Program-made: the position numbers and the translations under genes | The notes under the pieces: generated by a model | What the model was told of the DNA's origin: nothing | Database searches by the model: none | Seen by the model: the letters and a program-made list of their open reading frames with translations, nothing else | Shown: one piece after another, positions 38,301 through 51,100 of the stretch | Position numbering within the stretch: the stretch's first letter is position 1 | Layout of the letters: every line of letters begins with the position of its first letter | Assembly: GCA_964247055.1 (NCBI GenBank) | Contig: OZ176051.1 | Location: forward strand, 7,440,001 to 7,504,000 | Direction of reading: 5' to 3' | DNA from: Paragordius varius | Taxonomy: Eukaryota; Animalia; Nematomorpha | DNA: 64,000 nucleotides

Positions 38301-41300
38301 TTCAATATTTAAAAGTTTTTAATACCCGTTTCCATTAATACTAAAGATAGTATGAAGTAGCCTCAACAAAATTTTGCTAAAAATTATTTTATGCATATAT
38401 TTTTTTGACGTCAAAACTTAGAATATATTTAAAAATTTTATAGCGCAATCCCCGCATTTTTGCATTTATTTTAAAGGAACTAACCATTTTAGAATTAAGA
38501 AAAAATTTGGAACTTTCGGAAACATCATAAAATATTTTAAAAATATTGTTTTGCTTTTTATAGGCAGTTTATAATGTATTATAAATTTGGAATGAACGAT
38601 TTTGCATTCATCGAAAAAAATTTATTACACAACATGTCATATTTTGTCCTTTTATGGAGAACTTACCACAAAAGTGTAAATATCTTTCTTATATCACCCA
38701 TAAAAACCAAAACCAAAAGATCAAAATATGAATATATCCTGTTTTTGTGGATGGGTTAATTCTTATTATGTTTTATCTTAGTTTTTTAAGTGTATCAGGC
38801 GATTGCGGCTTTTAGTGTTAGTTAAATTTACTTATTTATTATCCATATCGATTATATCATTTACTCACAAGCCTTTAAATGTTAAAATTATTGCTATAAA
38901 GATTCATGATTATTTTTTAGCATCTGCCATAGGTTTATAATTAATCAATAATTATAAGAAAAAGAGATATTATTAGAAAAATCTCACAATAGCTAAAGTG
39001 CAGCAAGTTATATGGTTTTTGCACACAGAGTCACTTTAAAAAAGTGACCTTATTTGTTGTATAAAATAATAAAAAATAGTGCGTAGGTGCAAAATAATAT
39101 TTATCGATTTACTAGAAATATTTTTAATGTATCTAAATATTTAATTAAGGAGCATCTTAGAACAATAATATTATAACTAGAATAAATCAATGATTATATA
39201 AATTGAATATTAACGTTTTAGGAATGCTTTAAATCAGGAACGAGCACAACGGGCTGTCGAAAGATATGGCATTAATTAGTATTTCCTCAATTTCAAAAAT
39301 GAGAAAAATGAAAACATATAAATAATATTTAATTCACCAATTTTCACTAGTGCGTTGCCAATTGCAAAAACTTATTCGGTAAATTTATTCAAAAAGAAAT
39401 ATTAAGTCAACTGTGAACATTTAGTAATTTATGGATGGTCTTTATTAGATAATTTTCCATTTTTCGCCGGTCTCACATAAGTGTTGGACCCCCCTTCTTT
39501 AAAACACATAGCTTTTATGCATATTAAATCTAAATCTGTTAAATTTATTCGTATAGTGCGCAACTATAAAAAAATTGCCCTATTTGGGCAAATGTAAATA
39601 TTTTTACACGCAAGTTTTACCTAATAAAAAATATATTCACAAATTAGATAATATCGGCATATATTTGGTTATGAGAGATAAGCATATTTGAGTCAAAAAT
39701 GCGAAATTTAGCAACTTTTCGGTTTTTTGCAGGGCGGATGATGCATAATTGTCAAATTGAAAATACAATTAAAAATTCTAATAGTTTAACCCTTCGATAA
39801 CTTATAAATTATGATTTTAAATGAAATATTTATGACAGTTTAAAAAATTATTGATGGAAATCCTTATTTTTTTTAACCAGCAAATTAAACCATTTGAGGC
39901 AATAATACCCTAACATGCCATTTTAAAATTCAAGCCCTTTTTTAAAAAAACTTGCGTAAAAACTGGTTATTATACTTTACTGATTTTGACATTTATATAT
40001 GTTATAGGGCTTTTTGGTATGACGGTTACAACTAATTAAGGTTAAATAGGCATTTAACCGCGAAACATTTTTTAAATTTTACGACATATCTCTTTATTAA
40101 AGGATACAGATTGATTTAAAATATACCATGAAAAATAAATTTTAATGTTGTGGCTAGCATTATATTTTTATGTATATTGAGCTTGATCCTAAATATTTTT
40201 AGTTAATTATATATTGAAATTCAAATTTATATCAAAATCTAAGGATGAAGATATAATTACTGATATAAACATTGCAACATTTGATGATTTCGCTGAAAGG
40301 ACAGATAATGAATTTCCGTTCATATCAGATTTTATGGGGGAAAATGCGTCACCCCACATATTTACCTTTGATATGGGTAATTAATATTCTCTAACAAATT
40401 TTTAGCGCTAAAATCATAATTTTATAATTTTCCATTTTGCTTATACCATAATTGAAAATCAGATTCGATAATGCCTGAATTGGATATAGAACGTCTGAAT
40501 CAAGCTTCAATTCATTTAGCTAATGAATCTATTCAACATGCCCTAACAAACATAGACCAATTAAAGTGTACAATTTCTTGCTCGCCTCCACAGTTTACAA
40601 CTGTCAACCCCTACACCGATATGGCCATTGTAGATAAGAATCATGATTTAACTGTCACTGACTCGTTGGAAACTTTAGACGTTAATGAGAAAGTAGATGA
40701 TTTGAATACAAACCCATTTCTTTCGGTTGCGCCTAGTGATAGCTTTTTCCTTATTAAAGATGAAATTAATGAAACATTAAATGAATCTGCGTTCATCAAA
40801 TTATGGGGAGATGGTAATGAGCATATCGATAAACCGTACGACTTTATTAATAGCCAGAATGATCAAGACATGGTATAAACTAAAATAGCTTTTACCGTCT
40901 TTGTTACACATTAATTTTTTTTATTTCGATTTCCATTTGTTTAGACAAAACAACCTGGAACACCTTCGTTTGATATAATATCTGGCCACGATATTTATTA
41001 TAAAAAAGATATTGGACATGAACAGGATAAAGGCAAATATTTTAGGGATGACACAAAACAAATAAAACCCTTAAATGAAAATAGTGGCATGATGGAAACA
41101 TCTAACAAAAGTTATAAAAAATCAATATCTCAAAGTTTTGAAACAAATGATTATCAACCTGTTAAATTTCATGTTGGACGCACTATCTCAGCATCTCTCG
41201 ATCTCGAAGATAAAGTCAAACCGTCTTTTAACCAATTTGTTGGTAGAAAAGACTCCAATCCATTTCGAACTAATTATTCTTGTGGAGAATCACGAAACAA

Positions 41301-44300
41301 TAATGATGATAATTTGGTAGGAAACAGTATAGGTATTTAAATAATTAAAACAATATTGCAATTATTTAAATGTGGTTGGGTTTTTGAACATTTTCCAAAT
41401 ATAGGTTTCTGTCCATGATTAGGTCAATGAACAATGTTTAATACATATGTAGCGACAAATTTTGTTGGGGTTAGACTCGATGTGTTTCTCTAATCATTTT
41501 ATATTCACTTAATACTAATTATATATATAATTAAAAATTTAATCTCTGAAACATAATATTTAAAATATACAAGGGTAAAAACTTATCATAGTTGACGATT
41601 AAAGTAGCTCAAAAATAATAGTTAAATAGTTTTTATATTTATCAAATCATGTCATCCCCGAACTTTTGCGGTTTGTGTTTTTGATTTATTATGTCTAGAT
41701 TCCTAAAATAAAGCAATGATAATCATGTAATGATAAAAATTATACGCTTTATTTTGAACTTTTAAGATTCGGTAACAATCTCGATTTAACTTTCAAACAG
41801 CACAAATAAAATAAGTTTACAAGCCGTGCCAGTAAAGTGTTAAAGAGTTGGCATGGTTGATTTCAAATACCGATTATTAGTAAATCATATAGTCGTAAAC
41901 ATTTATGTCAACGCAATCAACCTTTACCATAATTGATTATTTACTTTGTGATCACCCTAACAAAAGGGTAGTAGCTTCTTTCTTGCTTTTTTGCGGAATA
42001 ATTTGAAAAAAATAAAAATTTTAAACGGTAAATATAAAGTATAGATATGATAAATTTTGAAACATATCAGGAGAATATGGTATCATTATGTAATTTACAA
42101 ACCGTTAAGCCATTTTCTTAATTGATATAAATTTAAAAACGATATCTTTTATAAATAATTTGAACTCAAAGAATGTGAAGAATTGATTTTTATTAAACCT
42201 AAAAGAAATTTGTAATATAATGATAAAGGATAATTAAATAGAATTAAATGGAAGAATAAATATAAATTATAAACGATATGTGAAACCCTTCGTCAATAGT
42301 AATCGCAGACTAGTTTCGTGCTTGTTAGCACTCATCAGTACGACACAACTATTTGACTTGGGGTTTTCACATATCGATTTCGTATAGAGTTAATTTTCAG
42401 TTTATTTTCAAATTTTCAGTTTAATTTTCATAAATTCCATTAAATTTAATTTAAATTCGTATAACCAACTGCATTTATACCAAAATTGCAAAGTTGGATA
42501 TATATACGAAATCGATATGTGAAAACCCCAAGTCAAATAGTTGTGTCGTACTGATGAGTGCTAACAAGCACGAAACTAGTCTGCGATTACTATTGACGAA
42601 GGGTTTCACATATCGTTTATAATTTCTATTTATTCTTTCATTTAATTCTATTTAATTATCCTTTATCATTATATTACGGATTTTAACAACTGTTATTACA
42701 AAAACATAACCAATCCGTTGTTTACCATTACTAAAAGAAATTTATTGTCAATTTTCTATTATATCATTTTCTGGGTTGGGCGAATGCTTTTTCTTTCTTA
42801 TATTCGCGTATTTTTATAAATATGAACTCAAGCATGATTTACAAAGAGTGATACTTCAAAATTTAATTTGGTTTATACAAAACTAAATTAAAATAACTTT
42901 CTCGGTTATTATGTAATCGTTTTAAATTTATATTAATAAATCGTATTATTTATAGCGCGAATAATATTTTTCCTAAAAGGGACTCGTGAAAATAAAATGG
43001 CTTATTTGACATAAATAATATTTACATGCACGCATTCAACAAGGCTAGTGTCAAACACATTTTATCACAGAAAATTATTAAAAAAACATATTTATCTTTT
43101 CTTACATCTTTCAACGAATAACAATTCAGATTTTTTAGTTTATGGAATTTAATTTTACCCCTTTTTTGCATAATAAGGTGTATGGGCTGAAAATAAAATA
43201 TGGTCTGTGATGCTCGACATAAAATCCAAAGATGCTTGGCCTAATAATAATAGTTTGGTTTCGAACAAAGCATCGCTAGATGGTGATGTTTTATGTGACA
43301 TGCATAATGTCGGCATTCATGAATCAAGAAATAGTACCTCCACATCAGAAAATTCGACTACCCTTGATAGTGATATCGATATACGCGTCTCACAAAGTGA
43401 CAGTCGCGAATCTAATTCTATGACAGAATCTGAATCGGCGAAATCAACTAGCCCAGAAGAGTTAGAAAATGTTACAATGCCCCTTGATAAATCTTTACCC
43501 TATGTTATAATCAATGAAGTGGAAAAAATAACTTTTAACGGTCAGGACAACGGCGTGTCAGACTTATTATTAGTAAATAATGAATTGGAACAATCGATAA
43601 TGCCGCCAATAAATTTTAGCATTGATATGAGCTTGATTGAACGATACAAGCGAATAATTACGCATGGGGGTATGGGTATTAATAATTTTCAACAAAATAT
43701 TGTTATTGTTTTTAGATTATCAAATAAAATTTATTCGTAAAGAAAATTTTTTGGAATATGCTGTATACTATATAAAAAATTAAATGAATGTAATGTATAA
43801 AGCGGCTTGGGGTTGATAAAATATGCCAACCGATTTTTTTGTAACCAATTTTGCAAATATTTTTATTTATCGCATTTTCACATAATTTTTTATATATAAT
43901 AGGTTATTTGCCAAATGAAGAATTTCTTATACCTATTTTACTATTATCTGGTAATTTGCTACCGGCAAAATCGTTAGCCAATTATGAAGGCATAATGGAA
44001 AATTTATTTTTGTGAGTTTTTAATCATTTCTTATACTTTATTAATTTTTTTATTTATATTATAAAATTACAAAATTTTAGTTACATAATCAAAACACTAA
44101 GCATACTGGTTCATGATGAGTATGTGCTTGTTTTTTTCGAAGGTCCGACAGAAAGTTTGCCACCCTATCGATGGCTTTTGCGATATCACACATTGTTTTT
44201 CGAAGATGAGTATATATATAATTATAAAAAAATATTTTTTGAATGCAATTGTTATTATTAATACAAATTATGATAAAATTTTAAATGAAATTAATTTAAA

Positions 44301-45604
44301 ACATAATAGCATATGCTTATAAAATGGAGAAAATTTGTAAGTCAGTTAAATTGATACAAGACTTGTCGTATATGACCAAATATTTTGTTTTTTATAAACA
44401 TCATTTAATATATTTTGAAAACAAAACTAATTAATTAAAGTTGATTTGCCTTTAGATGGCAGATCTAATATATGATAATACGATTTACGATTCAAATTAC
44501 CCTCGAACAATTCAAATTTACCCTTGAACAATTCAACCCTAAAAATAAGTTAGGTGTTTCGGGCTTAACATTATTAATATGAAATATATCTTTATGGCTT
44601 AGTTTATTATTTTTTAGGTTTTATTTTAATTTTAAACATTTTATTTTTACAAATATAGATAAATATGGCTAATTTTTAATCTTAACACATAATTTATTTT
44701 GGAGTGAATTTAAATTTTTCGAGGGTGAATTATTGTTCAATGGGGAATTTGAAGTGTAAATGGTATATAATAACGTTGAAAATTATAATATATATATTTC
44801 AGATCAAATAACCTTAACCAAAGACGTCAAACTGTATTTGATAAATTTACAGCTTTTCGTTTTGGAAATGGTTGTATCGAACTCAATGCAATAAAGCCTA
44901 ACATTGATTTTCACAAAAAGTTCAGTATAAACACCATACAAAATATTCAAAGGTAAGTGGTATTTGATATTAATAATTTCCACTAATTTATAGTCGAAAA
45001 TGAGTCCTATATCATCAATTAATGTTTATTGATTTGGTGTTACCGTTATCAAAAATATTATTTTGTTATACTATATAAAAATTTCATATATTTATAGTCT
45101 GGGAAAAAAATTACGCGCTTTCTATATTGTCAATCCGAGCATTTGGATACGATTAATGTGCACGTTGAGTAGACCATTTATACGGTTATTAAATTTTTTT
45201 AGATTTTATCTATATTTTAACATTTTCGTTAAACTGTATTCGAAATTGATATAATTTTTGAAACGTATAACTAGTTTCCGAATTTAAATCCTTGTTACTC
45301 TATTTTATTTAAACATATATTAAAATTTTGTTTTGTTTTAATATTTTTTATCATGCTAGAAACTAAAAAAATAATTTTACTTTTCTATTACACTGTCGCA
45401 TAGATATCAATTATATCAGATTGAGATTAAATTTTTTTATTGAGTATTTAGATTGGGCGATTGTAGATTTCCCATTTTTAGCCTTTTTGCAAATAATTAT
45501 TTTTATCCAATAGAAAAGATATTTGGGACAAAACATATTTCATTCCAAATAAGCACGAATTGCTTAAACAAATCAACATCAATCCCAATCTCTTACCTCT
45601 TTGA
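33719..45604 (+). CDS. PRUNE2/BMCC1-like protein: DHH + DHHA2 phosphoesterase, acidic linker, C-terminal BCH domain, ~1094 aa. Exons 33719-33766, 33856-33990, 34135-34328, 34483-34596, 35864-35982, 36569-36730, 37030-37124, 37589-38017, 40244-40376, 40463-40872, 40945-41332, 43178-43669, 43903-44011, 44081-44209, 44803-44952, 45098-45184, 45514-45604
   Basis: Prune motifs: IGNSACDLDSVVSA, LVDHN, IIDHH, QVGSCSTLV, IMLDTI, KAKMDISGLT, ATRKQILP. BCH motifs: IDMSLIERYKRIITHGGY, MENLFFYIIKTL, LGKKLRAFYIVNPSIWIR. All 17 exons join in frame (3285 nt). Joining the two halves into one transcript is inferred from matching phase-0 sites at 38017/40244. Confidence 0.8.
35511..35821. mobile_element. TA-flanked MITE (Tc1/mariner-type, TACCATTTAC family)
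   Basis: TIR TACCATTTACAGTTCAAATTCACCCT / AGGGTGAATTTGAACTGTAAATGGTA, TA on both sides, and internal ~20-nt subrepeats CAATTCAAATTCACCCTTGAA. Confidence 0.85.
42302..42344 (-). ncRNA. Minimal type I hammerhead ribozyme (inverted copy)
   Basis: Exact reverse complement of 42545-42587. Confidence 0.85.
42545..42587 (+). ncRNA. Minimal type I hammerhead ribozyme
   Basis: GTCGTA-CTGATGA-GTGC(TAACAA)GCAC-GAAA-CTAGTC^TGCGAT. It has a full catalytic core, a 4-bp stem II, a palindromic ACTAGT stem III and a GUC cleavage triplet (cut after 42581). Stem I can extend through GTCAAATAGT/ACTATTGAC and GATATGTGAAAACCC/GGGTTTCACATATC. Confidence 0.85.
44479..44765. mobile_element. MITE, TACCATTTAC family (diverged)
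   Basis: TACGATTTAC...TGTAAATGGTA ends and the same internal subrepeats as 35511-35821. Confidence 0.75.
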
Positions 45605-48112
45605 TCATTATGTTTTAATTGGGCCTTACAGTATTATCCTATACATAGTATTAAGTGTATTTACATTTTAAAATAAGTATAGATTATCGTGAAATTATTT
45701 TGAATTATATTAAAAATCAATGTAGCAACTCTAACATCCTATAAATAAAGATAACTTTTTTCAAATAAAAATCAGGGTATGCATCAATCACATAGTGTCA
45801 TATAAAGATCATATGTATAGGTTGGATATAATTTAAACATATCATTTAGTTTTCGGTATCATAAAGGGTCACATTGTACCTGGTAAGGCATATTGACCGA
45901 TTTTTTTGGTAAAAACTCATGTAATGATGAAAGTACATCAAGTATAGATTTTATTCAAAGTATGGTACATTGGCCTATACACATTTTGCTCATCTCTTAG
46001 TAATATATGAATGCCGGGCTAAAAACTGATTGACTTTTGTGGACCATTCGTCAAATTACTTTCGTGTAAAAACTTTGCTGTTTTGCGAGGGTGTGCCACA
46101 TTGATTTCGAAGCGAATTAAGGTGTCTTTAACTGATTTTACCGATTGAGATAAATTATTTTTTATGTATCGGAATCACTATGCCATTTTTTATGGATTAT
46201 TTCCGTTTTTCGATTGCATATTTTTAATTAGGTATCGTTAGCCATAGTGTTGTGTATTTAAAATTTCACGGGACTTAGTTTTTAATACACAATTCCACTC
46301 TGGTCTTACCAGTTGCAAAGCATAATCTTGCCAAAGCGTTTTGGGCCTTATTGTTGATAGAAGGGCTCAGCAAGATAGGTAAGATTTCTTCGCTTTGGAT
46401 TTACATAAAATATTAATGTGTTTATAAAATGTCTACTACATTATAGGGATAATCATCGCCAATGCTATTATCAAAATTTTTGTAAATTTAATGTGTTATT
46501 TGGTGTAAATACGGCAAAAATCTATGACGAGATTTAGGTTGTATCGAAAAAATGGATTATATACAAAATATGAAACATACTTTTTATATTTAAGAGATTT
46601 GGAAATGTAAATTTATATCTCATAAACGCATTTTATCAAAAAATCAATTTGAGACCGCAATTAATATCTATCCATATCTGAAAAGATTAAAAATGTACTT
46701 TTATATTTTAAATAAAAGTGAAACAAAATTAGAAATTCCGGTTCTAAAAAGTTTTTTATTTTTGATTTTTAAAAATGCTAATGATCCGATATCTTATTTA
46801 CCAAGTCTCCATTATTTTAGCACTTCTCATAATATAAGTAGAATATTTTTATTTACAAATATAATATTTAACATACATAAGGATTTGCATAAAATGGAAG
46901 AATTGGTTTACATATGTAAGATGTGTAAAGTATTATATACTAAATTTATATGGGTGTCAAAATTTTCTAAAAGCAATTTGATTTTATAGGGTAAAAAGTG
47001 ATGCGCATGATTAGATGGTGTGTATAACAAAAAAAATATATATCATACATTTGAAATGAAATATAGTGGTTGGTCACATATACAAAATATTTCTCATAAT
47101 TAATTCAAAACACTCTAAATAAAAATGAATGTAAAGTTTATCTATACTAAACGATTATAAACTAAAATTAAATCAATCAATCACATATGTAATAAAGTGT
47201 ATATAATTGAGCAGTCAAAAGCAGGACACTGTAAATTTGCAATGGAATCAATATTTTGGTACTGTAAGGGTAATTTCTACATAAAACATAACAAATTATA
47301 TAAAACAAAGTTTAAATTATGAAAATGATGTTTTAATGACTAAAAAACTATAAAACTCTATATAACAATTTTTAGGATAAAATTATAGAAAATATCATTT
47401 AACAAAGTTAAATGCCTTATAATCTTTGACCGCAAAAATATTAAAAAAGCTTAAATTTTTTACTTTTGAATCACAATATGTGACAACATTTGATTTATAT
47501 TAAATTTTTGGGTGCTTTCAAGTACCCCTGTCAAATCATAAATATGCAAAGAAAAAAGACATGTATATCAAAACCCGGCAAAAAACGCTCGCCCATAATA
47601 TCGTTAGACTTTGTGTAAATTATATTCTTTAAAATTATATATAAAATCTTATTTATATGAATTTTTTTATATTTTAAAATGCATATGCCTTTTAGAAATT
47701 CTTTAGTTCAATAGTAACAAAAAATGATTTTTATTGAAATACTAAAAATTGCGAATACAGCACCAAATTCAATTATATGTTTTCAAACTTCTGAATCGGG
47801 GTTATAAAAAAATTAATTGGAAACATTTTTTATTATATGTTTATCAATCAAATTGTTAAAAGGCCAAGGTAAAAAAGCTCCAATAGTATATTCGAGTAAT
47901 CCCATTTTATTTTTTCAAAAAAATCCGCATATTAAAAATTAATTTTGAATTAAAACTTTAGAAACTATATTTATCACTTAAAGTTTATGAATAATTATAA
48001 AATTATAGTTTGAATTATTTCCGTTATTCAGAAATAACCAAATTAACAATCGATCTCAAAATTTAGTAGCTATCTTCATGCGTAATGTAATATATACCTA
48101 ATATATACAGAA

Positions 48113-51100
48113 TTAATCTATTATAGTTGCATCTATAGTATTGTTTTGAACATTGGATGTTGCTAATGATTGATTTGGCCTTTGATTTGTTATTACTTTA
48201 CCTTCATCTATGACAAAATATGTTAATCTTTATTTTATAGAATGAATATTTTGCACAATAATTTAATATGTAAGAAATAAAAAGTAAAATGCTTTTTATA
48301 ATTTGCGGCTTAAAGGCAATTACGAGAGAACTTATATTGTAAATTTTGGGGTAAATTATTTAAATTTGTTATTTTAATATAGTCGCCTAAACCTGATTTT
48401 ATCAAAAGTTAAATAAACTACGAAAACCTTTTGTTATTAAATTTTTTTGAGAAAATAGTTCAAAAACATAAACGGAAACTGTAGCCTCTGTTTCAGTAAA
48501 AGCAATAAAATGCCTTGCCTTAAACTTATAATTTGTTAAAAAAGTAAACTTTTTTACATTGTTTATATCCCAGGCGCATTTATATAAAATATCAATAACA
48601 GTTTTTTTAAAAGCCAAGTGCTTTTTTAATTTTAAAGCGCTGATGTATTACATTTTGTACCGAATATATTAGGGCAAAAACTTAAAATGACTCGTAAAAC
48701 CTCTAATATTATAATTAAAACCATGATTCTAAATACATATATGACACATCCTCATTTACGCATACTGTTTAAAAAAAAATTTACAAACACAATTTTTCCT
48801 ATTGAAATACTCTAAAATCTTAAAATTCCAAAAAATGTTAAACCTAAGTAAATATTCTTAAAAATTAATTAATAACTTGTTAAGATGTATGAAGTGGTTT
48901 TTGCAACAACGCTTTCTCTTTTTGGATTTATTGGTCTTATGACATGCGATATTATATTGGGGTGATTGGTTGTCACTGACGATAGGGTTATTGGATTTGA
49001 TTGAACTGCTGCTTTCTGTGTTTATAATGAATATTATTTTCTCAAATGATGAGTAAAATTATAAAGACAACACATACAAAAGAAAAGATTATTATTATTT
49101 TCAAAAAAAACCATATATTTTTGATACCCATTTTATATAAACTTATATGATTTTAAATTTGTGAAATATGAAATTGATTTATTACCTATTCGAATCTCTA
49201 TTCCTTTTTTTTCATCCCCGAAAACGATAAAGGTTATGTTAAATCAGGGAAAACAATATATTTTTTTAGAAATGAGAATTAATATTTTATATCATTAAAA
49301 TATGAAATAAACGTATTACATAAATAGTTCCGTATTTAAAAACAGATAGAGTTTGAAAAATATTTAAAAATGGTAAATTTTAAAAAATTTAATTAAATTC
49401 ACTTTATTGACAATGACATAGTATTGTTGTGGTCCCGATTTCGTAGTTGCGTTTATTTGGTTATTATTTTGTTGACAATTTAAACCACCCGTTATATTGT
49501 GTGCGGAATTAACCGTAACGGTTTGGTGAGTAGATTTTAAGCGTTTATTTGACAGGGGAGCCGGTTGGCTGTTAAATACATTTGTTGTTAATAATGGTGA
49601 TGATGTTGTAATAATACATTGGTCCATAGCTGTCGTAAAACTTATAACATGATGTTGTTGATTATGTGGCATAGGTAAAGCCTTTAAAGGCGAATTTGAA
49701 GGGGGAGTCATTATTGTCGAATTGGTATTATTATTGTTACTGTTTAGTTCTTGTTCCAACGATTGCAAAAATAATTGTGCTTCACTAATGTTTGTTTGTA
49801 TGGTAATGTCATCTAACATATCTTGATCCTCGATGGATACTTTGAGTTTTTCATCAAGACCGCCACCGCCAATAAATTCTTGTTTAATATGAGAAACTGT
49901 TGAGTCATCATTTGGGGATGAATCCACCATAAAAGTTTCATTGACAAATTCGGTTTTAACTGTATTATGAGTAGTACTTATATTTGATGATAGCAAAGCT
50001 TGGTTAGCTGTAGACATCAATGTTGTATTTACAATTTTATTATTATTGCCGGAAAAGTTTGATGGATAAACCATAATTTTATTGGTGTTGGGTAGTATGC
50101 CCTTAAGACCAAACAGTGTGGTTTGATTTTTGTGACTACGTGTAGCAAGTAAGTTTGAGGGGGATATAAAACGATACGTAGAGTTACTATTATTAGATAC
50201 TGCTAAAACATTATTTGACAAATGAGATGCTGTGTTGTTTTGAACTAACAATCTTGGAGTAGTTATCCCATTGTTGCCAACGGCAGAATTTGTTAGTAAG
50301 CTAAATTTATTATTTTTACCATGTAAAACGTTAGAATTCATAGGTCGAAAACAGTTATTTAATCCATATTGATGTTGGTGTAACAATTGTTGATGGTGTG
50401 AAGGATAAAAATAGCCATTTCTTTTATTAATATTGTTTGCGGAGGGATTATTATGGCTCATTAATAAGCTGTAAGGATACGACGGTCTTATTCCATAATG
50501 ATAATTTGGATTTAAAATAGTGTTGAATCCGCGTTCATCAGAACTTATGACTAGCTCCTCACCGCCATTCTGCTGTAAGTGATTGCTTTGGTTCTGTTCG
50601 GCATTCTTAAAATTATATCATCATGCAATATATATATATCATTTACATTTCAAGAATGTCCTTCACTTCTAGTTATCCTAAAACATTAGAGTGTTCTTGA
50701 ACATTTCAAATTGGCCCTTAAACATTTTTTTTCCGTATAAGCAAAATTTTTGCAAATATTATTTAATTTTCAATTAACATTTTTAATTTTATGACAAATT
50801 TTTTGTTTCAAACCCATTTTTTTGATATTCGATAACATAATTCAGAAAATTTTTAATTTAATAGGTTTTAAAACCTTATTAATATTAAAATAATGTTAAA
50901 AAATACAGAAAAAACTACTGTTTTTGAGATAAAAAGATTTAAAAAATAAAATAAAATGGAAAAATGATAGGATAGATGTATGATACATCTAAAAAAAATA
51001 ATGTTTGAGGATTGCTAAAGACCAACTTAAAGTATTAAAGGGCACCTTTGAAGCGCAAATGGTATACGTACATTAAAATTGAAACGTCCTTTTTATAAAA

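Larger units (their letters stand above)
42212..42677. repeat. 466-bp palindrome (175-bp arms 42212-42386 and 42503-42677), probably derived from a Penelope-like element pLTR
   Basis: The arms are reverse complements with only two mismatches seen, and each arm contains a hammerhead core. Confidence 0.9.

Noticed and set aside
39222-39290. Exon-like GC-rich segment in the intron between the DHH and BCH halves
   Set aside because: Its open frame (NALNQERAQRAVERYG) is phase 2, which does not fit the flanking phase-0 sites. It could be an alternative 5' exon but is unsupported.
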